From contig JASGJN010000013.1 of NCBI GenBank assembly GCA_049840735.1, forward strand, positions 224,001-288,000: a DNA stretch of 64,000 nucleotides, given 5' to 3'. The notes beneath the pieces are model-generated. The model was given only the letters and a program-made list of their open reading frames with translations. It made no database searches and had not been told where the DNA came from. Numbering within the stretch: position 1 is the stretch's first letter; each line of letters starts with the position of its first letter. Below are positions 35,392-47,623 of the stretch, one piece after another. Origin of the DNA: Anaeromyxobacter sp. GTDB lineage: Bacteria; Myxococcota; Myxococcia; Myxococcales; Anaeromyxobacteraceae. Made by a program: the position numbers and the translations under genes.

Positions 35392-36153
35392 ATGAACCGT
35401 ACGACCTGGCTCCTCCTGGCCGCGCTCGCGGTGCCCGCCCCGGCCCTGGTGGCGTGCGGCGGCGGCGGCAACGACAGCGTTGGCCCTGACCCCGACGACC
35501 GCAGCTGCACGACCTGCCACGGCAGCAGCACCAACGCCGCGCCCCCGTCCTCCACCACCGGCGCGACCGCCACCACCGACCTGGCGGTCGGCGCCCACCA
35601 GGTGCACCTGCAGGGCGGCGTCCTGGGCATGCAGGTGGCCTGCAACGAGTGCCACCTGGTGCCCAGCTCCAACGACCACGCCGACGGCACCAATCAGGTG
35701 GTGTTCGGGACCTTCGCGCGGACGGGCGGCCTCACGCCGACCTGGAACCGCGAGGCGGCGACCTGCTCCAACGTGTACTGCCACGGCTCCGGCGGCAGCG
35801 CCTCCTCCCCGGTCTGGACCCTGGTCGACGGGTCGCAGACGACCTGCGGCAGCTGCCACGGCGACCCGCCCACCGCGAACGACCACCCGCAGGTGGCCAC
35901 CGCCTACTGCAGCGGCTGCCACCCGGCCACCATGACCGCCGCCGGCGAGCTGGTCGGCGGCGGGAAGCACCTTGACGGCTCGATCGAGGCGGTCGCCTTC
36001 GACCACCCCAGCAGCTGGCTGGCCTCGGGGCACAAGACCACGTCCGCGGCCGACGCCGGCGCGAGCTGCAAGCCCTGCCACGGCGACGACCTCCGGGGTG
36101 GGACGTCGGGGCGGTCCTGCTACACCTGCCACCCGGTGGGCCCGCCCATCTGA
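35392..36153 (+). CDS. Multiheme c-type cytochrome lipoprotein (CxxCH/CxxxxCH type)
   Basis: LVAC lipobox; CTTCH, CNECH, CSNVYCH, CGSCH, CSGCH, CKPCH, CYTCH. Confidence 0.9.
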   Translation: MNRTTWLLLAALAVPAPALVACGGGGNDSVGPDPDDRSCTTCHGSSTNAAPPSSTTGATATTDLAVGAHQVHLQGGVLGMQVACNECHLVPSSNDHADGTNQVVFGTFARTGGLTPTWNREAATCSNVYCHGSGGSASSPVWTLVDGSQTTCGSCHGDPPTANDHPQVATAYCSGCHPATMTAAGELVGGGKHLDGSIEAVAFDHPSSWLASGHKTTSAADAGASCKPCHGDDLRGGTSGRSCYTCHPVGPPI

Positions 36154-36262
36154 CGCGGGCAGCGGGCGGCGGCGTGCCCCTCGCGCCGCCGCCCGCACCT
36201 TTCCGGCCGGACCTGCGCGGCGCCCACGTCGGGCGCCTTCGTCCGTGCCATAGTGGGAGCGG

Positions 36263-37615
36263 ATGGAAGACGTGGTCCAGAGCGCTGCCCCGCCGCCTCC
36301 TGCCGAGGGAGGCGATCCGGCCCGCCACGCCTTCCACGATCGGCTGCAGGCGCTCGCCTTCGGCTCGCGCTGGAGGGTCACGCGCCGGTGGGTCTACGTC
36401 GCCTGCGACCTGGTCCACGCGGCCTTCGCCGTGCTGCTCTGGTGGTCCGGCTATCCCGGCTGGCGCGTCGCGGTGTACAGCGGCGCCCTCGCGGTCGCCG
36501 TGGTCCTGCACCTGTGGGTGGAGCGGCCTGCGCTCCGCCGCCTCGAGGAGGAGGGCCGGAGCCGCCACCGCGACCGGGCGGAGCTGGCCTGGCTCTTCAC
36601 CATGCTGCTGGAGATCGCGGTGACGGGCGGGGTGCGCAGCCCGCTCTTCCCCTCCAACCTGGCCGCCGTCCCCCTCAACCTGATGCAGTTCGGGCGGAGC
36701 CGGCAGGCCAACACCGCCGCCGCGGCCATCCTGGGCTGCGCCCTCGCGTTCGCCCTCTCCCCGGTCGCCTGGACCGGCCCGAGCGTCTCGCCCGCGGTCT
36801 ACTGGGCGACGCTGGCGGGCGCGGTGCTGGCCACCGGCGGCTCCTCGCTCTACTACTGGGCGCTCCTCAACCGCGTGGCGGTGGAGAGCGTCCGCGAGTC
36901 GCTCCGCGCCCGCGAGGCGCTCGCCTCCCACGCGCTGGGCCGGGCCCGCGAGCTGGAGCAGCTCGTCTCCAAGATCTCCCACGAGCTCAAGAACCCGCTC
37001 ACGGCCGTGAAGACGCTGGTGCAGGTCTCCGCCCGCACCGCCGAGGACCCGGCCAGCCGCGAGCGGCTGCAGGTCGCCGAGCGGGAGGTGACCCGCATCC
37101 AGGCCACGCTCCACGACTACCTCACGCTCTCGCGCCCGCTCGACCTGCTCTCCCCGGAGCCGGTGCAGCTGGCGGCGCTGGTGGACGACGTGCTGGCCTC
37201 GGTGGCCGCCCGCGCCGACGAGGTGGGCGTGAAGCTCCAGCGCCAGGGAGACGCGCTGGTCAGCGCCGACCGCCGCCGCATCGCCGAGGCGCTGCTCAAC
37301 CTGGTCATGAACGGGATCGAGGCGTCGCCCCGCGGCGGCGTGGTGCGCGTGGGCATCGCCGAGCACGTCGGGGTGGCGCACCTGACCGTGAGCGACCAGG
37401 GGCGGGGCATGCCGCGCGAGGTGCTGGCGCGGCTCGGCACGCCGTTCTTCACCACGCGCGACGAGGGCACCGGCCTGGGCGTCACGCTGGCGCGGTCGGC
37501 CTTCGTGCAGCACGGCGGCACCCTCGAGTACGCCAGCGCGCCCGGGGAGGGCACCACGGCGACGGCGACGCTCGGCCTCGCCAGCGCCCCGGAGCCCAGA
37601 TGGCGCGCATCCTGA
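36263..37615 (+). CDS. Membrane sensor histidine kinase
   Basis: Several TM helices; ISHELKNPL, NLVMNGIEA, DQGRGM, PFFTT, GTGLG. Confidence 0.93.
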   Translation: MEDVVQSAAPPPPAEGGDPARHAFHDRLQALAFGSRWRVTRRWVYVACDLVHAAFAVLLWWSGYPGWRVAVYSGALAVAVVLHLWVERPALRRLEEEGRSRHRDRAELAWLFTMLLEIAVTGGVRSPLFPSNLAAVPLNLMQFGRSRQANTAAAAILGCALAFALSPVAWTGPSVSPAVYWATLAGAVLATGGSSLYYWALLNRVAVESVRESLRAREALASHALGRARELEQLVSKISHELKNPLTAVKTLVQVSARTAEDPASRERLQVAEREVTRIQATLHDYLTLSRPLDLLSPEPVQLAALVDDVLASVAARADEVGVKLQRQGDALVSADRRRIAEALLNLVMNGIEASPRGGVVRVGIAEHVGVAHLTVSDQGRGMPREVLARLGTPFFTTRDEGTGLGVTLARSAFVQHGGTLEYASAPGEGTTATATLGLASAPEPRWRAS

Positions 37616-38961
37616 TCGTGGACGACGAGGAGGCGGTGCTGTTCGCCGTCACGGAGATGGTCCGGGCGCTGCACCACGAGCCGCTGGTCGCCCGCGGCGG
37701 CGCGGCCGCGCTGGGGCTCCTCGACCGCGCCGACCTCGTCATCACCGACTACGCCATGCCGGAGATGGACGGGCTGGCGCTCCTGTCGGCCATCCGGCAG
37801 CACGACGACACCATCCCGGTGGTGCTGCTCACCGCGCACGGCTCGGAGCGGATCGCCGTGCGATCCGTGCGCGCCGGCGCCTACGAGTACGTCACCAAGC
37901 CCTTCGACTACGAGGAGATGGCCGGCGTCATCGAGCGCGCGCTGGAGGTCCGGGCGCTCCGGTCGGAGAACCGGCTGCTCTCGGCCGAGCGCGCGCTGGG
38001 GCGGGCCATCGTGGGCGACTCGGCGCCCATGCGGCGGCTGCTGGACGCGGTGGGCCGGGTGGCGCCCAAGGACATCACCGTCCTGGTGCGCGGCGAGACC
38101 GGCACGGGCAAGGAGCTGATCGCGGCGCTGGTCCACGCCCAGAGCCGGCGCGCCAGCGGGCCGCTCGTCCGGTTCAACTGCGCCGCCATCCCCGGCGAGC
38201 TGGCCGACGCCGAGCTGTTCGGCCACGTGCGCGGCGCCTTCACCGGGGCCTCCGCGTCGCGGCGCGGGTACTTCGCGCAGGCGGACGGGGGCACGCTGGT
38301 GCTGGACGAGATCGGCGAGCTCTCCCCCGGCGTGCAGGCCAAGCTGCTCCGCGCGCTGCAGCAGGGCGAGATCCAGCCGGTGGGCGCCAGCCGGATCGAG
38401 CAGGTGGACGTGCGCGTCATCGCCTGCACCAACCGCGATCTCGCCGCCGAGGCAGAGGCCGGGCGGTTCCGCGCCGACCTGTACTACCGGCTGGCCGTGG
38501 TGGAGCTCCTGGTCCCGCCGCTCCGCGAGCACCGCGAGGACGTCCCCGAGCTGGCCGTCGAGTTCGCGCGGCGCTACCGCCGGCAGTTCGGGACCGAGGA
38601 GGCCCGGCTCTCTCCCGAGCTCCTGGCCGCGCTCGCGGCCGGCGACTGGCCGGGCAACGTGCGCCAGCTGGAGAACATGGTGGCGCGGATGGTGGCCATG
38701 TCCACGGGCGGCACCATCGGCGTCGACGCGCTCACCGTGACCCTGGCGCCTCCCCCCGGCACCCGCCCGCCGCCGCCCGTCCCCGAGAAGCTGGCCGAGG
38801 GGCCCATCAACCTCCGGCTGCACCTCGAGGCCATCGAGCGCGACCTGCTGGTGCGGGTGCTGGCGGCGACCGAGGGGAACCAGTCCGAGGCGGCGCGCCG
38901 GCTCAGCATCAGCCGCAGCTCGCTCATCGACCGGATGAAGAAGTACGGGATCAACCCGTAG
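37600..38961 (+). CDS. Sigma-54-dependent response regulator
   Basis: ILIVDDE, GETGTGKE, GAFTGA, WPGNVRQLEN, Fis HTH. Confidence 0.93.
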   Translation: MARILIVDDEEAVLFAVTEMVRALHHEPLVARGGAAALGLLDRADLVITDYAMPEMDGLALLSAIRQHDDTIPVVLLTAHGSERIAVRSVRAGAYEYVTKPFDYEEMAGVIERALEVRALRSENRLLSAERALGRAIVGDSAPMRRLLDAVGRVAPKDITVLVRGETGTGKELIAALVHAQSRRASGPLVRFNCAAIPGELADAELFGHVRGAFTGASASRRGYFAQADGGTLVLDEIGELSPGVQAKLLRALQQGEIQPVGASRIEQVDVRVIACTNRDLAAEAEAGRFRADLYYRLAVVELLVPPLREHREDVPELAVEFARRYRRQFGTEEARLSPELLAALAAGDWPGNVRQLENMVARMVAMSTGGTIGVDALTVTLAPPPGTRPPPPVPEKLAEGPINLRLHLEAIERDLLVRVLAATEGNQSEAARRLSISRSSLIDRMKKYGINP

Positions 38962-39056
38962 CGGCCGCACAGGCCGGCGCCGCCGGTCCGGGGCCCCGCG
39001 TCCGGGGCGGCACGCAGCTGCGTTGGGCTCGCGCGATGCCCCGAGGCCGACCCAAT

Positions 39057-39106
39057 CCGTTCGGGCTGAGCGTAGCGAGCCCACAGGGCTCGCGGAGTCG
39101 AAGCCC
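39057..39106. repeat. Palindromic intergenic repeat, copy 4
   Basis: CCGTTCGGGCTGAGCGTAGCGAGCCCACAGGGCTCGCGGAGTCGAAGCCC, near-identical to 16025-16074. Confidence 0.75.
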
Positions 39107-39160
39107 AGGGCTTCTCCCCCCGCGGCGAACTTTCCGTGTTGACTCAAGGATTTCCCGATG

Positions 39161-40600
<1,440 letters not shown>

Positions 40601-40608
40601 GACGCCTC

Positions 40609-40830
40609 CTACTTGGACCGGACCAGGCGCGGGGGCAGCGGCTCGCCGCGCATGAAGGCCCTGACCGTGTCGGGGTGGAAGCGCAGGAGCCACCCGATGC
40701 GGACCGCCGGGAGCCGCCCCTCGCGCTGGAGCTTGTAGACCATCGACTCGCTCGCCTTGAGCAGGCCCGCGACCTCCTTCGCCGTCAGGAGCGCCTCGGG
40801 GATCGCCGTGGTCTGTGCCGCGTTGTTCAT
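40609..40830 (-). CDS. Excisionase-type HTH (HTH_17/MerR-like)
   Basis: LLTAKEVAGLLKASESMVYKLQREGRLPAVRIGWLLRF, immediately upstream of int. Confidence 0.88.
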   Translation of the reverse strand: MNNAAQTTAIPEALLTAKEVAGLLKASESMVYKLQREGRLPAVRIGWLLRFHPDTVRAFMRGEPLPPRLVRSK

Positions 40831-41648
40831 CTGAGCCCTCTCTACTGCCAGTGCAAGTTTGCCGGACCAGGGCCCGGCGTGGTGCGGGTGTCGCGCCGCC
40901 AGCGTGGCGGGTGGGTGCGGCGCGACGGCGAGCGAGCGTTCGGGGTCGTTACGGCGTCGGGAGCTAGAAGCGGGGCGCGCGAGCGGTCTTCTTGGTTCGC
41001 AGTGCGAAGCAGGCGTTGATCTCGGGCTGGCGGCTCGCAGGGGCGAGTCTCGATGCCGAGCTCCAGCGCTGCCTGAATGAAGGCGCCGTTGCTGATGTAC
41101 TCGTGGGAACCGCGGTCCTCGACCCAGTGCTCCACGTCGTGCTTGTAGCCGTACGAGGTTCGCGTGCACCGGATGCCGCGCGTCCGATTGAGACAGGTCT
41201 CGATGTACGCCTTGCAGAACTCGACCTCCTTGCGCGGCGGCGGCGAGGACTGCTTACGCTGGCCGTCGAGGAAGCCGCAGGCATCGAGCGCCGGAAGCGG
41301 CCGAGCACGCGGCGCGCGCGGGGACGCTGAGGAGTCGATGGCGATGCGCCACCGGTCCCCGTCGGCTACCAGCCCGTGCAAATCGTTCCGGCTCGAGAGC
41401 GAACGTCCAGCCCGCCGCGGCCTTCGCCAAGAGGCGCGGTATGGACTCCGCGCGGAACAGCGCTGGCCGCTCGCGACGGATGAGCCGCAGCTGCCTTGCG
41501 AGGAATGCCTGCCCCGATCCGAACCCGTGCGCGGAAGCGGGCGCCGCGTGGATGGTCTCGACCTCCGCGGTCGAGAACGGGCGCATCCCGAACGTCGCAT
41601 GCAGCCCTCGGGCGAGATCGGCGTACACGTCCGCGATGTCGTAGTCGC

Positions 41649-43013
41649 GTTCGTGTCCCTAGAATTGTGTGAATCGGAAGTTCGCGGAGGCTGAAGAAGA
41701 AGTGGAAGCTCCTCGGCAACCAAACACGAACGGTCTCGCTTGCCGGCGAGGCCAAGGAGCTTCCAGTGAACGAGGTTGCCGAGCTTGAGCTGCCGACGCA
41801 AGAGAACTTCCGCGCTGACCTTCGGACCCTCTGCCAGGGGGCGATTCGGGTCGCCCTGGAAGTCGTGCTGGAGGAAGAGATCCAGGCCTTGGTCGGCGCG
41901 AAGAAGTGGGCTCGCCAGGCACAGCGGGTCGACAGCCGCAACGGGACGTACCTGCGGCGCCTCATTACCTCGATGGGCGCCATTGACCTCAAGGTGCCGC
42001 GTTCTCGCGAGGGCGGTTCGGCCGGCGGTGCAGTGTTCGGTCGCTACAAGCGCCGGAGCGCCGAGAATCGACGACGCCATGGTGGCCGCCTACGTCCATG
42101 GCGCCTCGACGCGCGACATCGGTCAGAATCACCGAGGCGCTCATGGGCGAGCACGTGAGCCGCTCCACTGTGAGCCGGGCGGCGAAGACGCTCGGCACCA
42201 AGGTCGAGGATCTCCGCAAGGCGCCGATCGAGGGGCCGATCCCCTACCTGTACCTCGACGCCACGTTCCTCGACGCTCGGTGGGCCCGGGAGGTCGAAAA
42301 CGTCTCGGCGCTGGTGGCCTACGGCGTTGGGCTGGGCGGCCACCGCCAACTCCTGGCGGTCACCGTCGGCGCCGAGGAGTCGGAGGCGTCCTGGAGCGAG
42401 TTGCTCGCGCAGCTCAACGAGCGCGGCCTGTCGGGGGTCCAGCTGGTGATCGCCGACGCCCACGCCGGGCTGGCCAAGGCGGTCCGCCACCACCTGCCCG
42501 AGGCCCTGCTGCAGCGGTGCTGCGTCCACCTCCAGCGGAACGTCGTCGCCAAGGCCCCCCAGAAGCTCAGGGAGCGGCTCGCCAAGGCCGTCTGGCAGGT
42601 CTTCCTGGCGCCGACCAAGGCCGAAGCCCGCAGGCGGATGGCCGAGCTCGCCGGCGGCCTCGGGCGCCAGCTCCCGGAAGCGATGGAGTGCCTCGCCAAC
42701 GGCTTCGAGGCGGCCACGCGGTTCTACGCCTTCCCCAAGGCTCACTGGCATCGCATCCGCTCCACCAACGGCCTCGAGCGGCTCCACGGCGAGATCAAGC
42801 GGCGCACCAACGCGGTGGGGGCCTTCCCGGACCGGGGCAGCGCCCTGCGCCTCGTCACCGCTGTCGCGCTCAACGTGACCGCCATCTGGACCGACCGCCG
42901 CTACCTGGACATGTCCCTGCTGAAGACGAAGGAGGTCGCCGTCGCCAAGGCGGCGTGATTCATCCGAGGAGCTTCACGCGTAGTACGATTTACACACAGA
43001 TAGGGACTTGACC
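41649..43013 (+). mobile_element. IS256-family insertion sequence
   Basis: Imperfect TIRs GTTCGTGTCCCTAGAATTGTGTGAATC / GGTCAAGTCCCTATCTGTGTGTAAATC. 8-bp target duplication GTAGTCGC at 41641-41648 and 43014-43021. Confidence 0.9.
41766..42958 (+). CDS. IS256-family (Mutator-type) transposase, frameshifted near 42070-42125
   Basis: RNGTY.R.L.T..G.IDLKVPR.R, YLYLDA, LVIADAHAGL, QRCCVH..RN, STNGLERLHGEIKRRT..VGAFP. Confidence 0.9.
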
Positions 43014-43041
43014 GTAGTCGCTGGATGACATTGCTCTCTCC

Positions 43042-45253
43042 CTAGAACTTCTTCTGCGGCTCGCGCTTCATGTGTGTGCGGTTCCACTCGGCGGCGAGGT
43101 CGTCGTGCCGCGCCTTGAGCCAGTGGTCCGCTTCCCGGATCGCCCACAGGCGCTTCCGGCCGCCGTCCGTGCCGACGAGCTTGCCGTTGTTGACCTGCTC
43201 GAAGCCCTGCTCGGCCAGTTCCCGGCCCAGCGCCGCGCCGTCGATGCAATCGTTCTGGAGGTCGTTCCGCGCACGGGCCGCCAGCTGGTCGGCGGACCAG
43301 AGCGCCGGAACGTTCTCGGCCTTGCGCTCCACTGGGATGCTTGTCGGGAGGAGGAAGGTCGGATCCTCGTGCAGCCGCGCCACCCAGGCACCGAGCGGCG
43401 TCGCGCTCGCCGACATCATGTTGAGCTTCGCGTCAGTGCTGGGCGGCGCCACCGCGTTGAACCTCGACGTGTCCACCTCTTCCAGCAAGTAGTGGAACAG
43501 CGCCGCGAGGTTCCGCGGGTCGGAGGCCGCGCTGAAGTAGCGCTCATAGAACTCGGGAGCCGCCTTGTCCCTCGGCGCCTGGATGACGAACCAACGCCGG
43601 TCCGTCCTGTCGAGGAACAGCGCGTCGGCACGGTTGGACGTCAGGTACAAGTTGATCGTGTTCCGGATCGTGATCTCGGGCTGGTACTTCCTGTTGATGT
43701 TGATCTGCCCGGCGTACACGATGTTCTTGAACCGGTCCGCGTCCTGGCGACGGTCGCTGCGCGTCGCGCTGACCTCCTCGACCTGGACAAACTGCTTGTA
43801 GGTGAGCGTCTCCTGGAAGTTGGCGTGGAGGCGGTCGCTCCGGAGCACGGTGCCGTTCGATCCGAAGATGCCGACGATGCGGCGCTGCTCATCCCCCGCG
43901 AACGGCGCGGCCAGGCACGTCTTGCCCGTCCCCTGGGTCGGGCCCCGAATCAGCGTTCCATACGTGAGCCGCCCGGGGTTCTGCAGCTGCCAGGCGAACC
44001 ACTTGATGAGCGTGTCCATCGTCTCGGGCTCGCGCTGGGTCACGAACTCGACGAGCCGCAGCCACCACCCGACGTCGCCAGGGCGAGGCTCGACGCCCCA
44101 GCCGTCCCAGGCGTTCCAGTGCCCGTTCACGAACCGTCCCTTCCCCGGCTCGTAGGTGATGCCGCGCACCTTCAGGCGGTGGGGCCACTCGTTCCACGCC
44201 TGCGCCGTGCGCACGACCCGGGCGACTGTCCGCTCACCGGCGGTCTCGAACACCGTGAACTTCCGGTCGGCGAAGCGGGTGTGGATGAGAATCCTGCCGG
44301 TTCAGGATCCGGCTGCCGTCGAACACGAGGTAGCGTGACGAGTCCTGCAGGACGGCCACTTCCTTGTTCATGGCCCAGAGGGCCTGGGATGCCGCGTAGG
44401 GTTCTGCGTGCGCGAGGATCTCCTCCCGGACCGCCTGGGCGGCGTCGCCACCCTCGCGCTCCGCGCGAACCATGAAGTCGTCCAGGCCCGCCTTCGGCAG
44501 CTTGCCGCTCGGCTCTGCGGCGGGGTTGACGGGCGGCGGGGGGACGTTCTGGACATGCACGACCGCGCCCAGCTGCGTGAGGATCTCGGCGAGGAACCCC
44601 TGCGCCCGCCGGACGTCGGGGTTCGCCGTTAGGTCCGAGTCGAACACGATCGTGACGCGCCTGCCGCGCCACTCGATCTTCTTGAGCGCGGGTAGGACGT
44701 CGATGCCCTTAGCCGCCGAACGGAACGACCACACACCCCCGAGCGCCAAGGTCAGGACGCCCCGAACCGTGGCGCAGATCGCCTTCACCTCGCCCTCGGT
44801 CAGGACGAGCTCGCGGGTGGGGTCGGAGAAGACCGCGTCCCAGTCCACGCCAGGAACGCCCGGGATGTAGAGTTCCGGGTCGGTTCCTCGCGCCTGCTGG
44901 TACCGGATGGCGTCGCCGTCGCTATCGATGGGCAGCTGCGACCCGAGGTAGCGGAGCCGGAAGAACTTGAGCGCGCGGCCCGCGGCGTCGCTGTAGGGGA
45001 TGAGCAGGGCCGCATCGTGTCGCCGGTAGCCGAGCAGCTTCCGGATCTGCGTCCCGTTGAGAGCCTCGATGCCCAGCGACTTCGTCGCGAGCGCCCACTC
45101 GACGCCACGCTCGCTCAGGTACTCCTTGGCGAGCTTCAACAACTCATCGCGCGCCATGTCCGGGAAGAACCCGGCCGCCGCGTCGTCCCCCTCGCCACGA
45201 GCGCGCGGCTGCCTCACTGCCTTGAGATGCGTAACTGCCTTGCTTCCACCCAT
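43042..45253 (-). CDS. Primase-helicase: DUF3854/Toprim-like N-terminus plus SF3-type helicase (frameshift near 44290)
   Basis: LTEGEVKA, LGGVWSF, IEWRGRRVTIVFDSD; Walker A GPTQGTGKT, VEEV, INRKY, TSNRADAL..DRRWFV. Confidence 0.85.
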
Positions 45254-45319
45254 TGCCTGCTCCCAGCTTTCCTAGATGCGCCACGTCGCGAGCCCCCGCC
45301 GCGCAGTGCCGCTGGTTCG

Positions 45320-45568
45320 CTACTTGACCTTCGGCATCAACTCTTCCGGAGCGACGCCCAGCGCCGGGGCGAGCCTCTCCGCCATGCCTCGCGAGATCTG
45401 TCCGCTCTGCTCAGCGCGCCAGATCGATGTCGGGTTGACGCCAGCGACGCCGCCCAACCTCGCGAACGAGAGCCCGCGCCCCTGGCGCAACCTCCGGAGG
45501 CGGTCGCCCGCCGGGATCGTTCCGCGGGTGACTGCCGCGGTCGCCGTCTCTTTGTCTCTCGTGCCCAT
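45320..45568 (-). CDS. XRE/Cro-family HTH regulator
   Basis: GDRLRRLRQGRGLSFARLGGVAGVNPTSIWRAEQ...LAPALGVAPEEL; AGGAG RBS. Confidence 0.85.
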   Translation of the reverse strand: MGTRDKETATAAVTRGTIPAGDRLRRLRQGRGLSFARLGGVAGVNPTSIWRAEQSGQISRGMAERLAPALGVAPEELMPKVK

Positions 45569-45703
45569 CTCGTCTCCTGTTCGATGACCGGCGTGGTCAT
45601 CAGCATCCGCAAGCAATGCTCGCCGACGATCGGCGATCGCGCACTACGGCTGTTTCGCGCTCTGTGTACGCGGGGTTGGGGCCGCCTGGACGTGCACTCG
45701 TAG

Positions 45704-46312
45704 TCACCATGAGCGAAGATTGCTGTGTCGGGGCTCCCCCGCCCTCCGACGAACCGCCAGGGCCCGGCGCGTGCGCCCATCACGCGCCGGGCCCTTCTTC
45801 GTCTGGATGCCGCCGGTCAGCTTCCACGCCTGTCGGGCTCGCCGGATCGCGCTCCGCACCTCGGCACCGTCCATCGTTCCGCGAGCTAGAAACTCGACCG
45901 CCAGGGCGGCCACCTCGTGCCAGCGCGCGTCGACGAGGACGCGAGCCCGCTCCCAGAGCCACCGCAGGTAGGCGCGCCGCTCGCTGCCGTCGGTCCGCGG
46001 CGATCCCAGCCCCGCAGCCGTGGCCGCTGCGCTCAGGTCGTTGCTGGCGCCGAAGTACAACATGGCGGCGGACCGCCGCCCCACTCCGCCGGCGGTGTAG
46101 CGGAGGAGGCGGCCAGCGTGCCGCGCCGCCGCGATCGGGCCGGCGTACGCGACGAGGATGGTGACCTCGGCCGACGCGGCACCGTACTCGACCCAGGCAC
46201 GGTGGCCCGGGGTGGGAACGATGGTGGCGAGGTGGACCGGCGCGCCCAGCGCCTCGGCGACGACGGCGTGGGCGGCCTCGTGGTGGGCGACGCGGGCGAG
46301 CAGAGAAGACAC
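45704..46312 (-). CDS. Stand-alone HExxH metallopeptidase resembling the FtsH M41 domain
   Basis: RVAHHEAAHAVVA, ILVAYAGPIA, GASNDL, VAALA.EFL..GTMDGAEV. Confidence 0.7.
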   Translation of the reverse strand: MSSLLARVAHHEAAHAVVAEALGAPVHLATIVPTPGHRAWVEYGAASAEVTILVAYAGPIAAARHAGRLLRYTAGGVGRRSAAMLYFGASNDLSAAATAAGLGSPRTDGSERRAYLRWLWERARVLVDARWHEVAALAVEFLARGTMDGAEVRSAIRRARQAWKLTGGIQTKKGPARDGRTRRALAVRRRAGEPRHSNLRSW

Positions 46313-46320
46313 GGGCGGCC

Positions 46321-46994
46321 CTAGTACGTGCGCGGCCGGAGCCCCCAAGCGAAGACCAACGGGTCGTGCTTGGGCCCGTACATGCCGAACTCGTCGGCCG
46401 GGTCCATCTCGAGCACGGGGTCGTACCAGACGTGCTCGTAGCGGCGGCGCAGGCGCTTCATCCGCTGGTGGAAGGGGAGGAGTTCTCGTCCGAGCCGGCT
46501 GAAGTGGTACTCGAACACCAGCTTCTCCGCGTCGGGCAGGAGGTCGCCGTCCAGCAGCCCGGCCTCGGCGCCCTCGATGTCCATCTTGATGCCGTCGTAC
46601 GCTCCGCCCAGGTCGCGTGCGTGCATGTTCGGCAGCGCACCGAAGGGATGCGTCGCAAGGCCGGGCACGTCGAGCATGGTGGCGCGCCAGTGGTTCAGTG
46701 GGTTGGTGCTCTTGTGGAACAGGAGCGCCCGCTCGTCCCGGTCGCTGACAGCGCACTGATGGAGCGCGAACCCGGCCGCGTTCTTCGCGAGCAGCGTGAA
46801 ACAGTCGGGGTCGGGCTCGTAGCAGTCCGCGGTGGCACCGCGCAGCTGACAGTGCAGGGCGAACGCGCCGATGTTGGCTCCCAGGTCGAGCCAGTGCTCG
46901 CCCCGATCGATGGTGAACCCGCGTAGCAGCGGTTGATGAGCACCTCGTTCAGCGCGTCCTCGTCGCTCGTGCCGGGGCGGTAGTAGATGGTCAT
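46321..46994 (-). CDS. FkbM-family SAM-dependent methyltransferase (frameshift near 46925)
   Basis: RPGTSD...EV...CY, WLDLGANIGAF, YEPDP, IKMDIEGAE, FEYH; GGAG RBS. Confidence 0.8.
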
Positions 46995-47363
46995 GGCGTT
47001 TCTCCGTCGACGTCGCCGAGGAGCGAGCGCGGAGGAACTGGACCGCCGCTACTCGCGCCTCTTCGTGGCGAGCGTTCGTCGGTAGCCCATCATTCACAGG
47101 ATTCTTCTCCGTTCACTTCCGAGCACGGCGGTCGATGTCGATTGCCCCGCACCGCGCGTTCAATCGTAAGAACGTCCGCCCGTTACACGTCGTCTGCTGA
47201 AATGGCTAACGGGTCGGGTGCGACGAGGACGCGCGGATCGCGTCGCGCTCGGCTCTCTGCGGCCAGCGCACCCTGCGACGAGAGGGGTGGGTCGAGCCTT
47301 CGGCTGATGCAGGCACCGCACGGAAACGGTAGCAGCACAGGCACTCTGCGCTCATCCATGGCG

Positions 47364-47623
47364 GGAACGGCAGGAACGGCTTGGGAACACTAGACCGTTC
47401 CCGGGAAAGGCAAGTAGTCCCGAGACCTTGATCCTTTCAGAACGGCAGAACGGCTATTTCGGGAAATTCTTCGCATGCAGGTGGGTAGGGCAACGCCCAA
47501 GCAAAGTTTCCCGGGAATGACCGTTCTGCCGTTCCGGCCCTCCAGAACGAGAGGCAGTAGAGCGAAATCGTGGAACGGACCCACCGTTCCTAGCCGTTCC
47601 CTATGTGGCGCCTACGTAGGCGC
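47364..47623. repeat. Iteron-like array (10x GAACGG, both orientations) plus palindrome; putative replication origin
   Basis: GAACGG at 47365, 47374, 47440, 47448, 47573; CCGTTC at 47395, 47521, 47529, 47584, 47594; palindrome GCGCCTACGTAGGCGC at 47608-47623. Non-coding, lower GC. Confidence 0.65.

Larger units (their letters stand above)
40964..43031 (-). pseudogene. Phage-type hypothetical gene interrupted by IS256
   Basis: Removing the IS plus one TSD gives in-frame MSSSDYDIADVYADLARG... Downstream SYGYKHDVE...YISNGAFIQAALELG lies in another frame; 3' end uncertain. Confidence 0.6.

Noticed and set aside
32914..36153. 1079-aa fusion ending in the multiheme cytochrome
   Set aside because: The upstream part is an off-frame shadow of the flavoprotein; the cytochrome has its own ATG and signal peptide at 35392.
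46321..47097. 258-aa ORF as the true FkbM start
   Set aside because: The conserved RPGTSD N-terminus with RBS is in the 46994 frame; the longer ORF is a product of the frameshift.
47364..47600. CRISPR array
   Set aside because: Repeats are 6-7 bp, in both orientations and irregularly spaced; no cas genes.
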